Source: a virus (taxonomy: Duplodnaviria > Caudoviricetes). Taken from it: 53,031 nucleotides of DNA. Where the stretch lies: positions 1-53,031 of IMG/VR virus record IMGVR_UViG_3300035137_000015. One strand, given 5' to 3'. Below, piece by piece: positions 45,494 through 53,031 of the stretch (its first letter is position 1; the number at the start of each line of letters is the position of its first letter). The notes under the pieces were generated by a model, which saw only the letters and a program-made list of their open reading frames with translations, was not told the DNA's origin and made no database searches. The position numbers were made by a program, and so were the translations under genes.

Positions 45494-46596
45494 TCCACCT
45501 CGATTCCGGAGTGCGCCGCCTCATACGCGGCCTTGGCCTTCGCGTCGGTTTCGGCATCGTCACCGGTCGTGCTTTTGCCCGCGCCGATCTCTGGCGGGTC
45601 GTCTTCCTGGCGTTCCTGGCGCATGCCGCGCTTCATTGCCGCCGAATAGTGGGTTGAGGTAATCAGCGGAGTGATCCCTGTTCCCTCCCTGATCGCCTTG
45701 TGCGCCGCCTCGATGTCTCCGCTGCCCTCAGCGAGGACCAGGTGAGCGCATGCTTGCTCCCGCTCTGCCTTCCTGCCCGCCTCGTAGATGGCGTCGTAGG
45801 TTTCGCGGTGCTCCTCTTTGAGGGTTTTCGCGTCCATCTTGTCTCCTTGGTTTGCCGCCGGTTTGGCGGTTGGTTTGTTTACGCCTATGGCGTCAATCAT
45901 CTTGAGCTGAAGGGCTTTTCTCGCCGTCATCACGGCGCCTTGCCCGTACTCGTTTTTCACGGTTTCGGTTGATACCTTTCGGCCGATTGCGATGTTTTCG
46001 GCGAGCACCTGAAAAATGTCGTCGAGTTGCTCTCTCGCATTGGCCTTTCCTTCCGGAGTCGACAGGTCATTGTCCTTCTTTGGGCTGTCGGTATTGGTGA
46101 CGGTGTGCGTCTTGAAAATGCTCGCCTGGCTCGTCTTCACCCCGACGCTTCCAATGATGGACAGATCGTTTTCCGCGACGATCTCGCCGGTCTGACTGGC
46201 CAGCATGTAAGCCGCCGAAGCCATCGTCGGACCTGCTATTGCTCGCGTCTTTACAGGGGCCTCGCGAATTGCCGCCATGGTCCCGTGAATTCCATCGACA
46301 ATTCCGCCCGGTGAGTTGATGTCAAAGTCGATGCGCCTCGCGCCCTTGGAAACCGCCTCTGTAATCTGGCTTCTGATGTCTCCATATGTCGTGTATTCGG
46401 AGCCGAAGTAATCGAGCATACGAGATCTCTCGTTGAGGAGAGGCCCCTTTACCGATATCGTGGCGACCTTTCCGCGACCCATGCGCATCGGCGCGGATGC
46501 ATGAACCGCATCGTCGAGATCGTCTTGAGCGACGCGCTCTCGCATGATTGCTTCAATTCGTTCGACAGCGTCAGGCAGCATGAGCCAAAGCGTCAT
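45490..46596 (-). CDS. S49 prohead protease/scaffold (gpC-like)
   Basis: 'DINSPGG', 'MASAAYMLAS', 'IGSVGV', 'A...KMIDAI'. Confidence 0.9.
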   Translation of the reverse strand: MTLWLMLPDAVERIEAIMRERVAQDDLDDAVHASAPMRMGRGKVATISVKGPLLNERSRMLDYFGSEYTTYGDIRSQITEAVSKGARRIDFDINSPGGIVDGIHGTMAAIREAPVKTRAIAGPTMASAAYMLASQTGEIVAENDLSIIGSVGVKTSQASIFKTHTVTNTDSPKKDNDLSTPEGKANAREQLDDIFQVLAENIAIGRKVSTETVKNEYGQGAVMTARKALQLKMIDAIGVNKPTAKPAANQGDKMDAKTLKEEHRETYDAIYEAGRKAEREQACAHLVLAEGSGDIEAAHKAIREGTGITPLITSTHYSAAMKRGMRQERQEDDPPEIGAGKSTTGDDAETDAKAKAAYEAAHSGIEVE

Positions 46597-48275
46597 GATT
46601 CAATCTCTCTTTCTGTGGACATCGCGGCCGCGAGCATGGCCGGGGCAATGCGTGACATCGCCTCAACCGCGTCGGTTCCGTATTCCTTATGGAGTTCAAG
46701 AAGCGGACGCATCGCGGCGACCTTCTGCTCGTTCTCCTTCGCGACCTGCTTGATGTTGTGCGACCACTTCGACCCGTTGATTTCCCTGGCCGTCCGCGTG
46801 TTGGTCGTCCATCCTTCTGTCACTTGTGTTTTGTAGGCGGCGGCCTGTTTTACCGGGTCTACAGACGGCTCGACCTGTCCGAACCATTCCGTTTGCAACC
46901 ATGCCCGCTTGATGTCGTATTGTTTCGGATCGCTGTAAGCGGATAGGAACCCTTGTGCCTCAATTTTCCCGAGGAGAAGTTCGGATACGAACCACTCTTC
47001 CCAAAGGTTCTTGCAATGGGCGGCCGCAAAGCGGGGCCGCTCCTTGGCCTTGAACGTGCTCCATTTGTTGTTCGCCGCCTGAGATGCCGAATAGTTTTTG
47101 TTGAACGACATCATGAGGATCTCCGGAGGACAACCGAGAGACCACGCGAGCCCGACCATCACCGCCGCCTCGAACGCGCCGAAGTTGATGTCACTTCCGT
47201 CTCGGAATACGGTCGGCTCTTCTCCCACCGCGAGGCGCTCCATGAACAGCCCAGGCATGATCTTGTTGAGCTGAAGCGGTCCAGCGGTACCGGCCGGATC
47301 TACAACCGTGTCCTTCCGGGTCGCTGCCTTTCCAAATGGCATCGTTCCAGGCGCGGCCTTGTCGCGCTTGATAAATCCAATGATGTACGAAGAAATTTCG
47401 GCCTTGAGCTGAGCGGCTCCGCGCTGTTTCAGAATCGAGTTGAGGGGCTGTATTGCAATGGAAAGCAGGGGCTCTCCACGTACGCCGTCCTCGCGCTTGT
47501 CGATACCGTAGACCATCCACGCGATGAGCCGGTTTGACTTGGCGCCGCGAGCCGAAACATAGGTGTATCGGTCGTCGAAGACTTCGTTTGTCCCCTCGTA
47601 TACCCAGTAACCGAGGTGGCGTCCGTTTTTGTCCCGGTGGACTCCATCAACCACGGACTCATCCAGTGCCTTGTCCGGTGGCGTCTGGATTCGGTCACCG
47701 TTGACTATCGAGATCTGCGGTAGGTTTGTCGCCCTGTCCTGGCGACAGATGACCAGGCAATCCCCGGAGACCAATGCCTCCGTGTAGATCTGAGCCTGTA
47801 GCTGACCGTCCTCGCGGCTGCCCTTTGCGTCGATGATCTCCTTGGACTCACCGTAGATGCGCCAACGCTTTTCGAGCGTTTCCGTCCACGACGGGGCACC
47901 GTTGGCCGATACGCCGGAAAGGGCGTCCTCCGGAAGACCGAGAATCGACTCCTCGGGGATGGACTCGGGACACAGTCCGGTATTGATGATGTCGGTGACA
48001 AAACGACGGACTATTCCGCGCCCGTACGAGTTTCCGTAGAACAGTGCCGCAGACCGGCGCCGCAGCTTCCAGTAGTCGAGCCCGCGTAGCTCCTCGAGAG
48101 TTTCGCCGATGCCGTCGAAAAACTGGCTACCGTCGTAGTATCCCGAGCCGTTGGAAAAATTGACCGTCGATGCGGTCGCCGGTGACGGCTGCTCGACTGC
48201 GTCCGTCGACTCCGGCCACGTCCAGGGCAACTCTTCCTCGGCGGCCAGGCGGCGGTCTCGTCTCCAGAGCGCCAT
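46593..48275 (-). CDS. Portal protein (lambda family)
   Basis: 'LRRRSAALFYGN', 'VRGEPLL', 'NYSASQAA', 'VDPVKQ'. Confidence 0.92.
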   Translation of the reverse strand: MALWRRDRRLAAEEELPWTWPESTDAVEQPSPATASTVNFSNGSGYYDGSQFFDGIGETLEELRGLDYWKLRRRSAALFYGNSYGRGIVRRFVTDIINTGLCPESIPEESILGLPEDALSGVSANGAPSWTETLEKRWRIYGESKEIIDAKGSREDGQLQAQIYTEALVSGDCLVICRQDRATNLPQISIVNGDRIQTPPDKALDESVVDGVHRDKNGRHLGYWVYEGTNEVFDDRYTYVSARGAKSNRLIAWMVYGIDKREDGVRGEPLLSIAIQPLNSILKQRGAAQLKAEISSYIIGFIKRDKAAPGTMPFGKAATRKDTVVDPAGTAGPLQLNKIMPGLFMERLAVGEEPTVFRDGSDINFGAFEAAVMVGLAWSLGCPPEILMMSFNKNYSASQAANNKWSTFKAKERPRFAAAHCKNLWEEWFVSELLLGKIEAQGFLSAYSDPKQYDIKRAWLQTEWFGQVEPSVDPVKQAAAYKTQVTEGWTTNTRTAREINGSKWSHNIKQVAKENEQKVAAMRPLLELHKEYGTDAVEAMSRIAPAMLAAAMSTEREIES

Positions 48276-48538
48276 CAGCCGTTACCCCGCAGATAGAGGC
48301 CCTCGCCGTTGATTCGGTTGTCAAGGTAGTCAAGGCGGGCGTAGAGGGAGTCAATAAACATCTGGAGGGACGCCAGGTTGCGCTTGGTGACGGTCTGCGT
48401 GGTCTGGCCGGTGTCGATTGTGTAGGAGGCGAGCGTACCGGCCGATAGGGCGAGCATGGCGGTTTCGGCCGCCTCGATCTGCGCCTGGACGGCCTCGAGG
48501 CGGGACTGGAGCCATGCGTCTGTGATAGATGTCGCCAT
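48275..48538 (-). CDS. Head-tail joining protein (gpW-like)
   Basis: Helix-hairpin-helix 87 aa 'SYTIDTGQT.Q.VT..NL..L' directly before portal. Confidence 0.75.
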   Translation of the reverse strand: MATSITDAWLQSRLEAVQAQIEAAETAMLALSAGTLASYTIDTGQTTQTVTKRNLASLQMFIDSLYARLDYLDNRINGEGLYLRGNG

Positions 48539-48917
48539 AATGCACTTGCGGAGTCGCAAAAATGATTCTCCTTTGTTACTATATGGCGACTATTGCTGCT
48601 AACCATCAAGGCAAAAACGCAACAAAGGTAGCAAAAACGCGCCTCGCAAAAAGGTAATGCGCAGTATGACAGAAATGTCGTAGCCTACAAAGTCTTGTAT
48701 TTATTAGACTATTCTGTTTTTGAACCCAGGTTTACGCGGTTCAGTATGATCCAAATGTCGTGATAAATGCGGATGGCTGGAAAGACGTTCGCTTCGAAGC
48801 ATCCGGTAAGTCGTTGTTTTTGTTTGCAAATGTAGTTTTGTGCGCCATGTCTTGCGCATTGGCATACGCATTGCACTGTTTAGGGGCATGAACGGCAACG
48901 AAACAAAGGAGAGGAAA

Positions 48918-49115
48918 ATGAGAAAAGTAAAAGAAATCAATAACCGATGCGCCCTCAACCATGCGGTAGACTGTCTACTCAATCAAATCGGAGAGTCCGA
49001 GAATGCACTCGGAGAGTCCTATGAGGAAACCGCAGACCGAATCGATGATGACCACCCGCGAGCCGCTCAGTATCTCCGCGAGGCGGAGACTCGTTGGTTC
49101 GAACTGGGCGACTGA
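48918..49115 (+). CDS. Hypothetical protein (plus-strand cassette)
   Basis: ATG after GGAGAGG. Confidence 0.55.
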   Translation: MRKVKEINNRCALNHAVDCLLNQIGESENALGESYEETADRIDDDHPRAAQYLREAETRWFELGD

Positions 49116-49190
49116 CTTCGACCTCCACTCCGCTCGCCTCCCCGAGGCGGGCGGCGATGGACGCCGAAACGGCACAACAAGGAGGACAAA

Positions 49191-49487
49191 ATGAGACTTA
49201 CAGGACAAGACGCAATAAAGGCAAAGAATATTCTAAAATCTACGGTGCTGTGCAAATTTGGAGACCCGGTAGAGGGTCCTAAGTCTGACATCGAAACAGA
49301 ATTTGCCGAGGATGTTATTCGCGAAGACCCGCAACTCGTATACACAGACGTGGATCTAGAGGCGCTCTGGTGGGCATGGCACGACCAGGATATGGATAGG
49401 TGGTCGCCTACTGTAGAAGAGGCGGAACAGCGATGCATAAAGTGGGTCGACGGAGGGTCGGATGATGGCCCGGATATAGAACGGTAG
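49191..49487 (+). CDS. Hypothetical protein (plus-strand cassette)
   Basis: ATG after AAGGAGG. Confidence 0.6.
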   Translation: MRLTGQDAIKAKNILKSTVLCKFGDPVEGPKSDIETEFAEDVIREDPQLVYTDVDLEALWWAWHDQDMDRWSPTVEEAEQRCIKWVDGGSDDGPDIER

Positions 49488-49492
49488 TACGA

Positions 49493-49545
49493 TTTAGGCC
49501 TCCACTCTGCCCGCCTCGAGGAGGCGGGCAGAGTGGAGGCCTAAA
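49493..49545. repeat. Perfect 25-bp inverted repeat with 3-nt loop
   Basis: TTTAGGCCTCCACTCTGCCCGCCTC-GAG-GAGGCGGGCAGAGTGGAGGCCTAAA; degenerate copy at ~49122-49153. Confidence 0.9.
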
Positions 49546-49559
49546 CAAAGGAGAGAAAA

Positions 49560-49964
49560 ATGCCAAATAAAAACCTATCTTTATCACCCACAACCATCGG
49601 TCTGCTCGCGAAGCTCGGCAACGCAAGCGGCTACGTTGAGTCATCGATATCAATGAGGTGGCCGCGCGTTATCCAAGCGCTCGAGCACCTCCGAGCCCGG
49701 GGATGGCAGAGTAACGAGATCCTCGCCGCCTGCGACGTGCTCAACGGGTGCTGGATGTTCGTCCATGATCCGACCTGGCACGGGGCATCCATGACTGACG
49801 GCCAGGAGTACGCCGTGAAATGGGATATATCAGAGAAACGGTGGAAGGAACTGGCCCGGGTCGTGTCGGAGAGCGCCGGCGTGGCGTTCGCACTGGACCT
49901 GGTCGTGTCCGAGTTCTGGACGGGGAACACCTACCTGGAACGGCTCATCAGGGGGGCCGAATGA
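49560..49964 (+). CDS. Hypothetical protein, possible ribbon-helix-helix N-terminus
   Basis: 'KNLSLSPTTIGLLAKLGNASGYVE' RHH-like pattern; GGAG RBS. Confidence 0.55.
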   Translation: MPNKNLSLSPTTIGLLAKLGNASGYVESSISMRWPRVIQALEHLRARGWQSNEILAACDVLNGCWMFVHDPTWHGASMTDGQEYAVKWDISEKRWKELARVVSESAGVAFALDLVVSEFWTGNTYLERLIRGAE

Positions 49965-50317
49965 GTTACACGGCAGAAGAAGCCGCGACTGCGTCGAAAA
50001 ACCGGGCAGAGCGGGAGGCGCGGGAGTCGGCCCGATGGGAATTCTCGGTCGGAATCAAAAAGCCTAACCCGATGGCGTGGTCAATCCGCTCCGTCAACAC
50101 AATGGCGGAGCGCATGATTCAGATCATTCGCAAATCCCGAGGCACCATCGTCACCCGGGTCACACGGCTCATGGACGCTGAAGACGATCCGCTCGATGAC
50201 GATGTGCGGTTTGTGATCGATCTGCTGATGGCCGCCGAGCAACCCGGATCCGATCGGTCAAAAGTCCTCGACGCGATCCAGAGAAACTCCCAGAGATCAT
50301 ACGCAAAATCAGCGTAA
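49961..50317 (+). CDS. Hypothetical protein (plus-strand cassette)
   Basis: ATGA overlap with previous gene; stop abuts terminase stop. Confidence 0.5.
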   Translation: MSYTAEEAATASKNRAEREARESARWEFSVGIKKPNPMAWSIRSVNTMAERMIQIIRKSRGTIVTRVTRLMDAEDDPLDDDVRFVIDLLMAAEQPGSDRSKVLDAIQRNSQRSYAKSA

Positions 50318-52309
50318 TCACGCCGCCTCGAAGAACGCCCCCGCCTTGCAGGCCCCCCAGAAATAGGACCAGTCAACCACCACCTGGCCGTCCGGAACGT
50401 CCTGCGCCTGCTTGCACATGAGCCACGCCAGGACTTCCACCGATGCATGGGCGTAGACCATGAGGTCCCACAGCTCCTGTGGCGCGTTCCCAGGGCGGTG
50501 CCAGACCCATTTGTCCTGGCCGTTTGGGCGTCGCTCGTGGCGCTTCACCTCGCGGGTGAGCTCCCGGAGCTCGTCGTCGGTCGTGTCCACCGGGGCGTTG
50601 AAGGTGTAGGCCTCCTGGTTTCCGTCGTCTGGTCTCCACGTGCGCCTGAGCACCGGGGCGAGCCGGTCCTTGTAGTAGTCGACGAAGATGTGATACCCGA
50701 GCGTCCCGAGCTGGGTGGTGTATGGGCGCCACTCCTTCGGGCTATTCCGAGTCGTCTCCCGACCCATGATCGGGTAGACACCTCCCGCATACTCAGAGCA
50801 AAAACCGGTCACCGTCGGAGAGTACGGGTTCGCGTCGATAAACGTCACGACTATGCTGTATTTTTTGCCGTTGTCCGAGATCCACTCCCCCTCCTCGATG
50901 AGCCGACGCAGCTCAGACCAGACCGGCGACTCGGGAAGGGAGACGCCCTCGGGGGTGTCGGTGTCGTCGTAGATCCGATTGTAGCTCACGAGCCAACAGA
51001 CAAAGTCGAGCCCGGACATGGCCCACCCCCAGACCGCGACGGCGAGGTTGTCGCCGTGGACGTCGACGGTGCAGGTGAGGAAGAGGATCTCGGAGTCGCA
51101 GTGCTTCGCTACCTCGACATTTTTGATCTCGTCCTTGCGGTACCACACCCGGCGGTGAGCGGACGCCATCGAGAACGCCACCTTACCGGTGTAGACCGTG
51201 AAGGTCTCGGCAAGGAAGTTGTTGTAGAAAACCTGAAGCTTGGCAGGATCCTTGATTTTTCCGTTCTTGTCGACGGCGGCGAGCCAACGCATCACACCGG
51301 AATACCATTTTCCGCGACGACTCATCATCCCCGTGACCTGGTAGCTCCGCATCTCCGGTATAACCGGGTCCGCGGTCGGCTTCCAAAACGCGTTATCCCT
51401 GGTGATAAGCCGGACCTTGTCGTGTTCCATGTGGGGATTGTCACAGTTTTTACAGTGATACCGTACCGTTTCGATGTCGAGCGTCTCATTTTTGGCGCCC
51501 TTGTAATCCCACGCGAGCCCGTATTTCGATCCGTTATCACGCTTCCCGGAGAACCTCAGAATCTGCGGCATTCCGCATTTCAGACACCGAACATTGTATT
51601 GACGCTGGTCCCCTTTGAGATATTGCTCCTTGATGAAGCTCATCCCCTCGATTGTAGGGGTGCACCCGAGGAATGCCTTGTAGACGTCCTTGAATCCCTC
51701 CGTGCGGTCCTTGAACAGCTGGATAGTGTCTCCATCAGCCACCCTTGCGTAATCGTCAAGCTCGTCCATGAGGAGCAAAAGGATCGCAATCTCGCGGGCC
51801 ATGCGCGGATTCTGCGCCCCCCTCGGGACCAGGTACCCGCCTCCGACCCACTGGAGTTCGTCCTTTGTGATTCCGCGCTTTCGGCTGTTGCCCGCGTCGG
51901 ACGACTGGAAAATGTCACCGAGCCCGGACTGCTGAAACATCGGAATGTAGTTGCGCTTGATGCGAGCCCGGGCCGCGTCGATGGTGGTGTTGACGTACAT
52001 GCACGGCGCCGTGCGGATATGGGCGGCATAGTACAACAGGATTGACTCAAGGATCGTTGAGTAGGCCGTTTGGACGGCCTTCATGATGGCGACCTCTCGG
52101 ACTGGAGAGCGGACGTCGAAGCACTCGAGCGGCTCTATCCAGTACGGCGTCCGATCGAAGTTGATGTACCCTGGGTCTGCGGTCACCGATGCCGGAAGAA
52201 ACCGGCGCCGCTGGTTGAACTCTACGGGTGAGAGCTGAACAATCTCATGGGTCAGCCCATCGGCCATCTCTCCGGCCCACGAAGAGCCAATCACATCAAT
52301 GTTGCACAT
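50318..52309 (-). CDS. Terminase large subunit (lambda gpA family)
   Basis: 'RTPY', 'MKAVQTAYS' Walker A variant, 'LLMDELD', 'GDQRQYNVRC..CG', 'LTCTVDVH', 'E.WD..VYA'. Confidence 0.93.
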   Translation of the reverse strand: MCNIDVIGSSWAGEMADGLTHEIVQLSPVEFNQRRRFLPASVTADPGYINFDRTPYWIEPLECFDVRSPVREVAIMKAVQTAYSTILESILLYYAAHIRTAPCMYVNTTIDAARARIKRNYIPMFQQSGLGDIFQSSDAGNSRKRGITKDELQWVGGGYLVPRGAQNPRMAREIAILLLLMDELDDYARVADGDTIQLFKDRTEGFKDVYKAFLGCTPTIEGMSFIKEQYLKGDQRQYNVRCLKCGMPQILRFSGKRDNGSKYGLAWDYKGAKNETLDIETVRYHCKNCDNPHMEHDKVRLITRDNAFWKPTADPVIPEMRSYQVTGMMSRRGKWYSGVMRWLAAVDKNGKIKDPAKLQVFYNNFLAETFTVYTGKVAFSMASAHRRVWYRKDEIKNVEVAKHCDSEILFLTCTVDVHGDNLAVAVWGWAMSGLDFVCWLVSYNRIYDDTDTPEGVSLPESPVWSELRRLIEEGEWISDNGKKYSIVVTFIDANPYSPTVTGFCSEYAGGVYPIMGRETTRNSPKEWRPYTTQLGTLGYHIFVDYYKDRLAPVLRRTWRPDDGNQEAYTFNAPVDTTDDELRELTREVKRHERRPNGQDKWVWHRPGNAPQELWDLMVYAHASVEVLAWLMCKQAQDVPDGQVVVDWSYFWGACKAGAFFEAA

Positions 52310-52889
52310 CTTGAAGCTTCAGCGCCCTCTGAATTGAGTCTTTGAGCGGACCGATGAATGAGGTCAGCTCGGATCGTATGGCCACCTCGATCTCTTCTCG
52401 GGTACCTCCAGATTTAGCGAGGGGGTACACAGTCGACGCCATCGTCTTCGCTCCGTCCGTCAATATTCGAACCAGAAACGTCTCCAGTGGGTTCCACACG
52501 CCACGGATCATCACCTCGCGGGCAACTAGCCTGCCCTCAATCTGTGCGTTCTTCAGCTCGATTTGCTGGGCCTGGGCAGCAAGCTTTCGGCGGGTGAGGG
52601 TGTCCTTGTCGACCAGGCCTGAAATGTCAACGTCGTCCGGAGGGGTAGGACGGCCACGCCCCTTTCTTGACGGTCGCTTCGTCTTCTTCGGCTTGGCGCC
52701 CGGGTTGATGCCCTTCTTGGCGAGGTAGGACTGGACGTCGTTGTCATCGGTATCGATGCCGCCTCCCGACACCGGAAGCCTGCCCCTGGCGATGAGCTTG
52801 GAGACAGCGGACGGGGAGATTCCGGCCAGCTCTGCGAAGTCGCGCTTTGACACAACACCCATACTGTACTTATGTCCACTTGTTGACAT
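52296..52889 (-). CDS. Terminase small subunit (Nu1-like)
   Basis: N-terminal HTH 'SKRDFAELAGISPSAVSKLI', 'AQAQQIELKNAQIEGRLV' coiled coil; upstream of terL. Confidence 0.8.
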   Translation of the reverse strand: MSTSGHKYSMGVVSKRDFAELAGISPSAVSKLIARGRLPVSGGGIDTDDNDVQSYLAKKGINPGAKPKKTKRPSRKGRGRPTPPDDVDISGLVDKDTLTRRKLAAQAQQIELKNAQIEGRLVAREVMIRGVWNPLETFLVRILTDGAKTMASTVYPLAKSGGTREEIEVAIRSELTSFIGPLKDSIQRALKLQDVQH

Positions 52890-53015
52890 TAGGTCAACTC
52901 ATGGGTTGACAGTCAATCAGCTACAGATGTGTGCTCTTGTCGTACATCAAAAGACAAGAACGGCCGATTCTGGATGTCAACTGGTTGAAAAACCTCGCAG
53001 AGCGTGAAAGGCGGC

Positions 53016-53031
53016 GGGCGCATACAAACAT
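53016..53031 (+). repeat. Terminal direct repeat, right copy
   Basis: Identical to 1-16. Confidence 0.9.

Larger units (their letters stand above)
1..53031. mobile_element. Tailed (myovirus-type) bacteriophage genome, apparently complete
   Basis: Full terminase-portal-capsid-sheath-baseplate gene set, no host housekeeping genes, identical 16-nt sequence at both ends. Confidence 0.93.

Noticed and set aside
50447-52045. 532-aa plus-strand ORF
   Set aside because: Antisense to terL; typical of high-GC codon bias.

Overview
The window looks like an essentially complete ~53 kb tailed phage genome, with an identical 16-nt sequence at both ends and almost all genes on the minus strand. It combines a lambda-like head/packaging module (terminase, gpW, portal, S49 protease, decoration protein, major capsid) with a Mu-like contractile tail and baseplate. 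It also carries recombination/replication genes, two methyltransferase-like genes and lysis genes. I see no integrase, but there is a dif-like XerC/D site. The accessory region at 2.4-8.2 kb is the most notable. A CRISPR-array-less type IV-B Cas operon (csf1, cas11, csf2, csf3, HTH, cysH-like) runs through a sigma-70 factor into a stand-alone Cas7/RAMP-like gene. That gene is flanked on both sides by non-CRISPR arrays of variable 5-nt units punctuated by a 6-nt delimiter, each ending in a conserved hairpin: a candidate RNA-guided system. A non-coding cluster at 17.9-18.75 kb holds a compact tmRNA between two tRNA-like RNAs with oversized anticodon domains. All protein calls are from motif recognition and synteny, not database searches.
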